From: an uncultured delta proteobacterium
GTDB taxonomy: Bacteria > Desulfobacterota > RBG-13-43-22
Assembly: GCA_963802945.1 (NCBI GenBank)
Contig: CAWDKY010000015.1
Coordinates: forward strand, 288,001-352,000
Direction of reading: 5' to 3'
Length of the DNA: 64,000 bases
Shown in pieces: positions 52,700-61,847 of the stretch. The notes beneath the pieces were generated by a model. That model saw nothing but the letters and a program-made list of their open reading frames with translations. It had not been told where the DNA came from and did not search any database. The first letter of the stretch is position 1; every line of letters begins with the position of its first letter. Position numbers and translations under genes: made by a program.

Positions 52700-53049
52700 T
52701 ATTCCGGTCCCATGGCCTGCTGTTCGAGGATGTCATCCACGATTTTACGATAGTCCCTATCGCCGTGATATTTAGCGGCATTCTCGATCACCCGTTCGAC
52801 GACCAGCTTGCCGGTTTCATTCAGATTCTCGATCTGGAGCAAACGGTGCAGGTCGGACTCCCGCATATCCTTCAACAGTTGCCCGATGGCAAAGTTAAAG
52901 AATGGCGATGCGAACTGAGTTACCCCGTTAAAATCGAGCGTGACCGTCTCACCATTTTTTAGTGGACCGTGTATCTCATCGTAAATCTTCTGCCCGTCTT
53001 CCTTGATGATACAGCGTGGGCCGATCTTGTCCTTGATTGATAGTTTCAT
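52699..53049 (-). CDS. STAS-like (DUF4325) protein
   Basis: G..IY..I...L..G..VTLDFNGV...ASPFFN.AIGQL. Confidence 0.8.
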   Translation of the reverse strand: MKLSIKDKIGPRCIIKEDGQKIYDEIHGPLKNGETVTLDFNGVTQFASPFFNFAIGQLLKDMRESDLHRLLQIENLNETGKLVVERVIENAAKYHGDRDYRKIVDDILEQQAMGPE

Positions 53050-53063
53050 GATCCTGTTCTCCT

Positions 53064-53951
53064 TTAGAACGGCGGTTCAACTTCATCACGGAACCGGTAA
53101 AGATTTTCGTCACAACGCAGGGTGATATGCACCATCGTACCTTCAAATGAAATTTCCCGATTCTCGTAGCGCTCGCCATCTTTATCGATAATGGCATAGC
53201 CGTCGTTGCTGTAAACTTCCAGCTTGCCTTGATTGGTTCGTATAAATTCCTTCAGCAGATCGAGGCCAATGCCCCGCGCAACACCTTCGGTACTGGTGCT
53301 CTTTCCCCTTGTAAAAGCCCACCGCAAACAGGCCTCAGCCGATAAGTCCTGAGCGCGAGGATCGTTACTTAAAAAATTACGAATCTTTGCCGGAATCCCT
53401 TGGCCAAAATCTACAACCGAAAGGATGAGATTATTTTTCCGCCAAAAGTGCTGACCACACGAAAAAACACCTATTTGGGTACCGCTATGCTCGAAGGCGT
53501 TATCATATATCTCCCACATTCTTTCACTGATTGCATCTCGGAGCCTTTCGCTGATATGCATCCAGCCCTTGCCAATCCAGTTGTAAGTCAGGTAATCCAT
53601 AATCCCGTTCATATTGAGTGACTTGTCTTCCCGATACGGAATTGAGTTGCCATCCCAAGCGGATGACGGAAAACCGAAACTACCGGCAAATCCGTTCTGT
53701 CTTAAGTTCATCATAATGGCATTATTCTGAATTGAATTCCAATCAAAAATCGCTGTTCCAAATCTTGATTCGATCAAACGAGCCAAACCACCTAAAAAGG
53801 CAATGGCATTTGGACGAAGGAATTGGCAGTTAGAAAAAGTGAATACAAAATCCTCAAAATAAGTATCAGCCTGACTCCAGATATTAAAAAGCCGCAGGAA
53901 ATCTCTGGCTTCATCGTTCAAGGTGGGAATCTCGATGACCTTTGGCGACAT
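53064..53951 (-). CDS. GHKL/HATPase_c protein, RsbW-like kinase, with a STAS-like N-terminal region
   Basis: N-box EIYDNAFEHS, G1 VVDFGQGIP, G2 GKSTS...RGIGL, C-terminal EGT; no His-phosphoacceptor box or TM helices seen. Confidence 0.78.
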   Translation of the reverse strand: MSPKVIEIPTLNDEARDFLRLFNIWSQADTYFEDFVFTFSNCQFLRPNAIAFLGGLARLIESRFGTAIFDWNSIQNNAIMMNLRQNGFAGSFGFPSSAWDGNSIPYREDKSLNMNGIMDYLTYNWIGKGWMHISERLRDAISERMWEIYDNAFEHSGTQIGVFSCGQHFWRKNNLILSVVDFGQGIPAKIRNFLSNDPRAQDLSAEACLRWAFTRGKSTSTEGVARGIGLDLLKEFIRTNQGKLEVYSNDGYAIIDKDGERYENREISFEGTMVHITLRCDENLYRFRDEVEPPF

Positions 53952-53953
53952 TC

Positions 53954-55063
53954 CTAAAGTTCTCCACGAAATGCTTTGGCGATCAAAGCCGCAGAAAAGG
54001 CCTTTATATCTTCTTCGATTTTCGCTGCTTCCAATTGGATCAGCTGCCGCCGTTTGACAATTTCAGAAAAACGTTTTTGGGCCTCGTATTCTGGCACTGG
54101 GACCAAAATATTTTCCAACTTCTTCAGACCAAGGGTCCGGTTTCTCCCTGCTGATCCTGGGGAGGCCACGCGAATGTCTTCTATTCCATGCTCACTGAGA
54201 AAATGGTGGCAAAGGAACTCGGATGTGGCCTTTTTCTCATGGGGCACATAGGTAATGAAACGATGGGAACCAACCCGGCCTTGATCTTCTGACTTGGCAA
54301 CGGCAATTGCTTTTTCCCAGGCAAAAACATTGTTAAAAACCAAATCCCCCTCATGAATACGGTAGATGCGTTTGTTGCCGATCTGTTTGCCTGTCAAAAC
54401 CGGCTTCTTGAAAGTGCCTTTGCCGAAACTGCGTATCCCCATCTCCTCATACTCTTGGTCGGGCTTTGTTTTGATCGCTCGGCGTACCAAACAAGCAAGT
54501 TCTTTTAAAGGCATCCAGTCAGCTCCCTCGATCATTTTACTATAAAGTGCCTGAAGCAGAATATCCAATTCTGTTTCCCTTTCAGCGGCTGCTTTCTGTG
54601 CTTCCTCAGCGCGACGGGTCAGTGCCTCGATATACGCGACGATCCGGCGTTGCTCCTTGATGTTATCAGGGATTGGAATTGCGATGGAGTAAAGAAGATC
54701 TCTCTTAATTCCGGGTTTTGGTCCTTGGGCGTGGATACCAAGCTGAAGATTGGTCAAACAATAGAATAACCACTTCGGCTCAAGATCTTTGGGATATTCT
54801 TCGATATAGAATGATGTATCAATCGGCCAGCAAGGGGTACTGGAGAAGTTTACCTCACCAACAGAGCCTTTCCGACCAATAACGATCGTTGGTGACTTTG
54901 TTAGACTTTCTGAGTGGAAACCGATGATCCCATTTGAACCGTATACTGGTAGTTTCCCATTCGGATCACGTTGCTTTGCTGAAAGACCCTTTCCATAATT
55001 GATTTTCACTAATTTTTCGACGAGCTTAAGCGGGAAAGGAGATGATTCAAATTGTGAATTCAT
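53954..55063 (-). CDS. hsdS: Type I R-M specificity subunit
   Basis: Two TRDs (PVYGSNG/IVIGRKGSVG; GDLVFN) and conserved IPIP...EQRRIV and VPVP..EAQ...LIAKAFRGEL. Confidence 0.93.
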   Translation of the reverse strand: MNSQFESSPFPLKLVEKLVKINYGKGLSAKQRDPNGKLPVYGSNGIIGFHSESLTKSPTIVIGRKGSVGEVNFSSTPCWPIDTSFYIEEYPKDLEPKWLFYCLTNLQLGIHAQGPKPGIKRDLLYSIAIPIPDNIKEQRRIVAYIEALTRRAEEAQKAAAERETELDILLQALYSKMIEGADWMPLKELACLVRRAIKTKPDQEYEEMGIRSFGKGTFKKPVLTGKQIGNKRIYRIHEGDLVFNNVFAWEKAIAVAKSEDQGRVGSHRFITYVPHEKKATSEFLCHHFLSEHGIEDIRVASPGSAGRNRTLGLKKLENILVPVPEYEAQKRFSEIVKRRQLIQLEAAKIEEDIKAFSAALIAKAFRGEL

Positions 55064-56589
55064 TCCCCATTCCCCCCCGCAAGCAGTTTCTGCATCTCCT
55101 GAATGAGCTTGAGAATCCGTTCTTCTTTGGCCGCGACGGAAGAGAGGATTTCTTGCGGTTCCATGTGTTCGATGGTTTCCGCTTCAATCAAACCGAGGCT
55201 GGAAAGGGTCATATTATAATTGTTGGCTATAATCTTCTGGGCTGGGACCAGCCAGGCACGGCCCTCTTCGGCTTTTCGCTTGGGCCACATGCGCAGCAAG
55301 TCGGGAAAGTCATTGCGGTACTGCGATCCAAACTTACGGGCTTTAGAAAGCGAGGAGCCGTCTCCGTCCACCTTGAAGAACCAGACATTCTTAGTGGGTT
55401 TTCCGGTATTTCGAAAGATAAAGAAACAGGTCGGGTTGGGGGTGTAGGGTTCAAACATTCCCTTGGGGAGGATCACCACAGCTTGGAGATCGAATTCTCT
55501 GAGAAGCCGTTCCTTAACAGTGACATGACTGCCCGTGTCGCCGAATAGAATGCCGTTGGGGAAGATAATTCCCGCTGTGCCGCCCCGGTCCAAACAACGC
55601 AGGGCATGGGCCAGAAAGAGGACATATTTATCCCCTTTTTCGATACGAAGCGACCGCTTGGCGTCACCACGCGATCCTGAGAACGGCGGATTCTCCAGGA
55701 TATAATCAAATTTGATCTCATCCCACTTATCCTCGCTACCGCAGATGGAGTCCCGCTGTACTAAAGGACATTGGTCGAATCCGTGGAGCATGGCATTCAT
55801 GGCGGCCATGCGCAGGATATCCTGGTCGCCGTCGAAACCATAGAAAGCGCCTGTCTGTAAAAAATTCCACTGGGCGCGGGAGAGTTTATCACCAATACCT
55901 ATCTTTCGGGTGGTTCCATCAGGAGAGACCTTCTCACGGATAAATTCCGGGCTGGTATTGGCCAGCAAAATGTACTCGTAAGCGGCAATTAAAAATCCAC
56001 CTGAGCCGCAGGCCGGATCGCAGACCGTGCCGTCCATCTTTGGATCAACCATCTGGGTGATGACCCGAATCAGATGGCGTGGGGTTCGGAATTGGGCCGC
56101 CTTCTTCTGCCCTCCCAATTCACTGGCCAGGTATTCGAACAGATCGCCCTTGATATCGGCATCCATCCCGAGAAAGGAGATGGGAGCAATGATATCCACT
56201 GCCCGCCGTAAGGTCGCACCGGTGGGGATGACAATGGCGGCGTTTCGAAAAATGGCCCGTGCGCCCTGGGATAATTTGGGGTGTCGGGCAAGCTTTGGCA
56301 ATGTGTCTCGTAGGGTGCGGAGCATGGCTTCATTGTCCGGATTGGCAGTGAGCAAGCTCCAGCGTAAAGGATCGTAGTTCAGTTCTTCGGGGCCATCCTT
56401 GAACTTGCCGAATAAAGAACGGTGGTTGCCGTTGCCTGCTTCCTTCTGCTCGTAATCCATTTCTTCAAGCATTTTAAGGAACAGGAGATAGGAAATCTGG
56501 GTTACATAGGTAATGGGGTTGGTGACATTGCTATCCCACATGACCTTACAAAGCGCTTTGAGCGTGTTCTGAATCTGTCCGCTGTCCAT
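55060..56589 (-). CDS. hsdM: Type I R-M N6-adenine methyltransferase
   Basis: QISYLLFLK, GDLFEY, QFRTPRH, DPACGSGGFL, NPPF, GILF. Confidence 0.95.
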   Translation of the reverse strand: MDSGQIQNTLKALCKVMWDSNVTNPITYVTQISYLLFLKMLEEMDYEQKEAGNGNHRSLFGKFKDGPEELNYDPLRWSLLTANPDNEAMLRTLRDTLPKLARHPKLSQGARAIFRNAAIVIPTGATLRRAVDIIAPISFLGMDADIKGDLFEYLASELGGQKKAAQFRTPRHLIRVITQMVDPKMDGTVCDPACGSGGFLIAAYEYILLANTSPEFIREKVSPDGTTRKIGIGDKLSRAQWNFLQTGAFYGFDGDQDILRMAAMNAMLHGFDQCPLVQRDSICGSEDKWDEIKFDYILENPPFSGSRGDAKRSLRIEKGDKYVLFLAHALRCLDRGGTAGIIFPNGILFGDTGSHVTVKERLLREFDLQAVVILPKGMFEPYTPNPTCFFIFRNTGKPTKNVWFFKVDGDGSSLSKARKFGSQYRNDFPDLLRMWPKRKAEEGRAWLVPAQKIIANNYNMTLSSLGLIEAETIEHMEPQEILSSVAAKEERILKLIQEMQKLLAGGNGE

Positions 56590-56611
56590 ATTTCAGTTAT
56601 TCCCTTATTGT

Positions 56612-58957
56612 TTACGCCGCCAGAAGGGTATTGAGCTCATCGATCATCTGTAGAAGTTTTTCTTTGCCGAAAAGTTGCTCCATACGCGTCAACCCGCCCC
56701 AGAGAGAAAATGGAGGTTGACTGAAGAGACGCATGGTAATCTCTTCACCGGTCATGACCCGTGCCTTAAGCAGTCGGAGCATTTGGGCCTGACCCGGATC
56801 AATACTGCTGGAATGTTCGGTCACCCAGGTATTAAAGGCCTTTTCAATGCGTTCCTCTCTCGTCAGAAACCGTTTCAATCCAAGAGCGACCCGGATGAAG
56901 TCGGTCAACGATCCGGTAGGCTGCTCAAAGGCCTGTCGTAAAGTGTCTTCGTTGAAATAGTGGGTGGGAGAATTCAAACGATGAGCCAGGTCTTCCCATT
57001 CTTCGTCAGCGAGTTCCTCGCCCCGGAAGATCTTCTCCACGGTGGGATCGGTCCGCCTGAATTCGACGACCTTCTTTTCCCATTCTTCACGATAGGTTTT
57101 CCGGTCTATGGCCAATCCTTCGGGGCCAACCAGAATGATTTCGCGGGCACGGATTTCATCCTCTAGTGATCCTTCGGCGAGTAATAAAAATTCACGGGAG
57201 CCGCCTTCGGGATATTTGGTTAAAGGTTGGGCTTGTTGTGCATCACCTTCTACAATTTCGCCTGTTTCGGTTGTCCTGGAACCTGGAGCGGCACCGACCA
57301 GTTTTGGCTTTTGATAAGCCTCACCAGGATCGTTGAAGCGCTTGGAGTTGCCGACAAAATCATAAATGATAAATTCATTCTTCCCGATCTTGGGACAAAG
57401 GCGGCTGCCACGGCCTCGCATCTGAGCGTATTTGATCGGCGACAGAGTGGGGCGCAACATGATCAGATTTTCAATGTCTTTCTGGTCATAACCGGTATCC
57501 AGCATGTCCACCGATACGGCGATCAGAGGGAGCGGATCATACTTGAATTCATCGATTACCGGTTTGGGATTGCCGTTATTGGTATAGCAGGTAATTTTTT
57601 TAGCAAAATCCTGCCGGACCTGGGCTGGGGAACGGTTGATTTGTCCGGCAATGCGCAGACAATCCTCATCAGTTAATAATCGGTTGAACAAACGGGCCAG
57701 GACTGAGGCCTGTTTCTCAGAGACGGAAAAGACGACGGTTTTGCGTGGACGTTCCCGGATACGCTCGGAATCTGCCGAATAATACTCTTGAAGGATGGTT
57801 ATCAATCGGTCTTCGGATTCCACATCACGTCCCCAGGCACCGGGTTTGATCTCTTCGCCTTCCCACTCCGCGCCTTCATAGGTCAAAACACTTTCAGCAT
57901 GATAAATTCGGTATTTGCTCAGATAACCTTCATTAATCCCTTTCTGGATGCCATATTCAAAGGTAGGACGGCCTTCCTTCCTGACGGCATCCCAACAGTC
58001 GAAAAAGATATAGGTATTACGAACCAGACGGCGTTCATGTTCACTGATGTACTGTAGTTCTCCGGGATTCGGCGTAGCGGTCAAGCCGATGTGGATGGCA
58101 TCGAAATGTCCAAGAGTAGTTCGGTGTGTATTATAAATAGAACGGTGGCATTCGTCAGTTACGACGAGATCAAAGTAACCATGTCCAAAACCGTTAGCAC
58201 CGAGTTGGGAAGCAATGGTGTCGAGAGTGCCGACAACAATCTGACCTTCGAGGCTATGCTTTCCCCCATAGAGAATGACGGTAGGCCAGTCGGAAAGGTA
58301 TTCATCGAAAGTCTCTTTGGCTTGTTTGGCCAGTTCGATGCGGTCAACCAGGAAAAGGACACGCGAGATGATGGCCGCCTGAAACCAACGCTTCATGAGC
58401 ATGGCGATGGTCAGGGTCTTTCCGGTTCCGGTGGCCATTTCAAAAAGCATACGCCTGCGACCGGCAATCAAGGCCTCATCGGCTTTTTGTAAACAGTTAA
58501 TCTGGTAGGGACGGGCCTCAATTTCTTCCCCCTTGAAACTAAACCGATGAGGAAATGGCAGGAGTTCAAGACATTGCTTAATATCACCCTTGCGATGCAG
58601 TTTAATATTCGCCCTTCGCTCCAGGTCGGCCTGACCCGGGAAACCCATAATCGGGCGAGCGTCGCCGTCCGCATAATCCCAGAAATAATGATCTTGCCCA
58701 TTGCTGAGGATGACGAAGGGAGCGGAGAGCGATTGCGCATAATCACGTGCCTGTTCCTTGGCCGAGTATGGATCGATGGAAAAACGCTTTGCTTCAATGA
58801 CAGCCAGAGGCCGCGTACGAGAATCCCTCAGAAGGTAGTCTGCGCGGCCATCGGCGGATGGTTCTTCCGTAGATACCTGAGCTTTGTTGGTGATCTTCCA
58901 GGAGGCGGCCTCCAGTAGCTTGTCAATCACCATTCTGGCATCGGCTTCAGTAGGCAT
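56612..58957 (-). CDS. hsdR: Type I R-M restriction subunit (EcoAI/EcoEI-like)
   Basis: ADY.L...VIEAK nuclease motif, MATGTGKT, DECHRS, GLTATP, MLDTGYD, QMRGRGSR. Confidence 0.95.
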   Translation of the reverse strand: MPTEADARMVIDKLLEAASWKITNKAQVSTEEPSADGRADYLLRDSRTRPLAVIEAKRFSIDPYSAKEQARDYAQSLSAPFVILSNGQDHYFWDYADGDARPIMGFPGQADLERRANIKLHRKGDIKQCLELLPFPHRFSFKGEEIEARPYQINCLQKADEALIAGRRRMLFEMATGTGKTLTIAMLMKRWFQAAIISRVLFLVDRIELAKQAKETFDEYLSDWPTVILYGGKHSLEGQIVVGTLDTIASQLGANGFGHGYFDLVVTDECHRSIYNTHRTTLGHFDAIHIGLTATPNPGELQYISEHERRLVRNTYIFFDCWDAVRKEGRPTFEYGIQKGINEGYLSKYRIYHAESVLTYEGAEWEGEEIKPGAWGRDVESEDRLITILQEYYSADSERIRERPRKTVVFSVSEKQASVLARLFNRLLTDEDCLRIAGQINRSPAQVRQDFAKKITCYTNNGNPKPVIDEFKYDPLPLIAVSVDMLDTGYDQKDIENLIMLRPTLSPIKYAQMRGRGSRLCPKIGKNEFIIYDFVGNSKRFNDPGEAYQKPKLVGAAPGSRTTETGEIVEGDAQQAQPLTKYPEGGSREFLLLAEGSLEDEIRAREIILVGPEGLAIDRKTYREEWEKKVVEFRRTDPTVEKIFRGEELADEEWEDLAHRLNSPTHYFNEDTLRQAFEQPTGSLTDFIRVALGLKRFLTREERIEKAFNTWVTEHSSSIDPGQAQMLRLLKARVMTGEEITMRLFSQPPFSLWGGLTRMEQLFGKEKLLQMIDELNTLLAA

Positions 58958-59021
58958 CGGTATTTTTAGCTTTCCTTGATGTTAAATGACCTGGAGATTA
59001 GGTTGAAGGAATCGTGGTCAT

Positions 59022-59047
59022 GGGGTCGCATCTTAAATGTACACATT
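59022..59047 (-). repeat. REP-like motif at the right border of the defence island
   Basis: Minus strand AATGT-N9-AGATGCGACCCC, inverted relative to 52016-52042. Confidence 0.5.
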
Positions 59048-59480
59048 TCTTAATCTGTGAACTTGATGTTGATTCTGAATCAAATTATTTTCTACCCTTG
59101 TCCGATTGTTATTGATTTAATCCAAATATTCTACTCCCTTTTATCACACACCCCAAACAAAAACCCCATCTCCTATTAGAAAAAATGGGGGCTTGTCGGA
59201 CTGCTTTATGTAAGGCCTTTCAAGGTGGGATGTTGTCGGAATCCGGAAGAATTATACCAACCTCTTGAAAAATAATCAAATTGTTCTATTATCCAGAATA
59301 AAGTCTAGGATGGAGAAAAGAGCAGATGGATAAATGGATAAATGGAGGGCAAGAGAGATTGAATTAAAAACACTCCCTGATGACCAATGGAAATGGGGTT
59401 GCAAAAGATTTTTTTACTTGATATGAAAGAAAACGAATAATGAATTCAATCTGAAAAGTTTCAGAAAAGGAGGATATGGG

Positions 59481-60065
59481 ATGCAGATACTGGCTTTCAA
59501 CGGGAGCCCGCGTAAAAACGGAAATACCTCGACCATCATCGAGGCCATGCTGAAAGGGGCAAGATCAGCCGGTGCGAAAACCACCGAGATTCGATTGCAC
59601 GACATCAATCTGAAAGGATGTCAAGGATGTCTGTCCTGCCGCAGGAGACCGGGAAAATGCAAGCAACGGGACGACCTGAGTCCTTATCTGGAAGCGATCA
59701 AGACCTGTGACGGGGCTATCTTCGGCACGCCGATCTATATGTATCACGTGACCGGTCAAATGAAGATCTTTATTGATCGATGTTATTCTTTATACATCAG
59801 CAGTCCTGAGGGAACAGGCTATCTTTCCGCCGTACCGGCGGGAAAGACCTTCGCTCTGGTGACCTCTCAAGGACATCCTGATGTAGAGCGCTTTCAAAGA
59901 CCCATCCGCTGGCTGGCCGCCATGACCGGCACCGGTCTGGGGATGGAGGAAGTCGGCAGGATCATTCAGGGGGATAGCCATGTGACACCTGCCAAAATGG
60001 ATAAGGCTCTTCTCGAAAAGGCTTTTAAAATCGGACAGAAGCTGGTGAAAAGGGATAAAACTTGA
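59481..60065 (+). CDS. iron-sulfur flavoprotein / NADPH-dependent FMN reductase family
   Basis: GSPRKNGNT, CQGCLSC.....KC, GTPIY, MK.FIDR. Confidence 0.9.
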   Translation: MQILAFNGSPRKNGNTSTIIEAMLKGARSAGAKTTEIRLHDINLKGCQGCLSCRRRPGKCKQRDDLSPYLEAIKTCDGAIFGTPIYMYHVTGQMKIFIDRCYSLYISSPEGTGYLSAVPAGKTFALVTSQGHPDVERFQRPIRWLAAMTGTGLGMEEVGRIIQGDSHVTPAKMDKALLEKAFKIGQKLVKRDKT

Positions 60066-60104
60066 GATGGACTCACTTAAATAACATTTTTGGGTACTTT
60101 CCAG

Positions 60105-60431
60105 TTACCAAAACTGTATTTGAGATATTCCTTCGGTTTCCCTGATGTGCCGTCGCACATCTTCTCTGATCTCCGGGTCCATAACGGGCTCGACCAGGGA
60201 TATGAATCTTCCTTCCGTATCCTTGGAGCTTTTCCAGGTTACGACCGATCCGGGGACCAAGGCGTAACGAAACCTTCCACTACCGCAGCAGGCGGATTCC
60301 GCCGCCCCTTCCCCCAGGAGAAAGAGGATCCGTCTTCCATCCTGCTCGATGGTTTCCTCCTTATAAAGGGTGTACCATCCTGCGATGTTTCTAAATTCTT
60401 CATTGAGTGCATGAACAAACGGCCTACTCAT
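60105..60431 (-). CDS. hypothetical protein
   Basis: Clean ORF with RBS AAGGGG; SACCG and VPG.V..W motifs. Confidence 0.65.
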   Translation of the reverse strand: MSRPFVHALNEEFRNIAGWYTLYKEETIEQDGRRILFLLGEGAAESACCGSGRFRYALVPGSVVTWKSSKDTEGRFISLVEPVMDPEIREDVRRHIRETEGISQIQFW

Positions 60432-60453
60432 GAGATTTCCCCTTTAATTCGAT

Positions 60454-60534
60454 GATTCAAGGGCTCGAGGGGCCAAGAGTTCAAGTGAAAAGCGAAAATT
60501 TTAAAACCGCTTTTCCCCCTGGACCCCTCGAATC
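60454..60534. repeat. intergenic tandem-octamer hairpin
   Basis: GATTCAA-GGGCTCGA-GGGGCCAA-GAGTTCAA ... TGGACCCC-TCGAATC. Confidence 0.7.
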
Positions 60535-60615
60535 ATCCGCTCATTTTCTCTTCACAAACAGGCTACCTTAAAGAAGGGGGCTCGCCAACTCCGAACTACA
60601 CACTCTGAACTTGAA

Positions 60616-61824
60616 TTAGGCCCCCTCTAAGCCGACAATACCTACAAAAATAGCACATCCATCAGGGGCCCCGCCAAGATTATGGGTCAAACCCAGTTTC
60701 GGGTTTTTTAGTTGTCTTGAAGGGAATCCCGGATTAAGCAGTTCATCGGCCCGGCCCTGAAGCTGGAGATACATCTCATAGATCATCCGCAGCCCGCTGG
60801 CCCCGATGGGATGGCCGAAGCATTTCAGTCCGCCGTCAACCTGAACGGGAAGTTTGCCGTCCAGGTCAAAGAAACCGCTTTCAATGTCATCCCTGACCTT
60901 TCCTCGGGGACTGAATCTCAGATCTTCCATGGTCACGGCTTCGGTGATGGAAAAACAGTCGTGAACCTCGGCCATACTGATCTCTTCACGTGGATTTTTG
61001 ATCCCGGCCTCTTGATAGGCCTTTTCTCCGGCCCGGACAGTGGCTTCAACGTGAAGGAAGTCAAAATTCTGGTTAAAATTCCCATCCCTGGGGGCCATGG
61101 CAATCTGAAGGGCCTTGACGAATACCGGATCTTTCTTCCTGGCCTTGGCGATTTCAGGCGTCGTTATAATAGCCGCGGCACAGCCGTCACTGACCCCGCA
61201 ACAATCAAACAGGCCCAGTGGCCAGGAAACCATGGGGGCATTGATAATCTGGTCCATAGTCACATTCCCCTGGAAGTGGGCATTCTTATTCCTCATACCG
61301 TTCTGATGACTCTTCCAGGAAACCCTGCCGATCATGTGTTTCCCCTCATCATAGGTCAAGCCATATTTGGCGAAATAAGTGGTGGCCAGCATGGCAAAAG
61401 ATCTCGGAGGCGTGGATTCGGCGAGCATGGAATGGCTGGGACCAGGTGTTCCTCCATCACCCAGACCGCTGATCCCGCTGTCTTTGAACTTATCTACCCC
61501 GATGGCCAATACCATGTCATAAATCCCGGCCGCCACGGAATAACAGGCATTCCGAAAGGCGTCCGAGGCGGTGGCACAGGCGTTTTCAACCCGCGTCACC
61601 GGAATATATTGGAGCCTCAATGGTTCTGAGATAGTCATTCCCGTTTGGCCAGTGGCCGTCCCAACCCAGGCGGCTTGAACCTCTTCAGGCCCAATCCCGG
61701 CATCATTAAAGGCCTGATAAGCGGCATCAACGATCAGGTCTGCCGCACCGGCATCCCAACGTTCGCCAAACCTGGTACATCCCATTCCCAGGATGGCTAC
61801 CCTGTTTCTAATACTTCCTGGCAT
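60616..61824 (-). CDS. thiolase, SCP2/archaeal type
   Basis: RVENACAT, SDG.AA, EVHDCF, GHPIGASG. Confidence 0.92.
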   Translation of the reverse strand: MPGSIRNRVAILGMGCTRFGERWDAGAADLIVDAAYQAFNDAGIGPEEVQAAWVGTATGQTGMTISEPLRLQYIPVTRVENACATASDAFRNACYSVAAGIYDMVLAIGVDKFKDSGISGLGDGGTPGPSHSMLAESTPPRSFAMLATTYFAKYGLTYDEGKHMIGRVSWKSHQNGMRNKNAHFQGNVTMDQIINAPMVSWPLGLFDCCGVSDGCAAAIITTPEIAKARKKDPVFVKALQIAMAPRDGNFNQNFDFLHVEATVRAGEKAYQEAGIKNPREEISMAEVHDCFSITEAVTMEDLRFSPRGKVRDDIESGFFDLDGKLPVQVDGGLKCFGHPIGASGLRMIYEMYLQLQGRADELLNPGFPSRQLKNPKLGLTHNLGGAPDGCAIFVGIVGLEGA

Positions 61825-61847
61825 GTTATACCTCCTTTAAACTCAAT

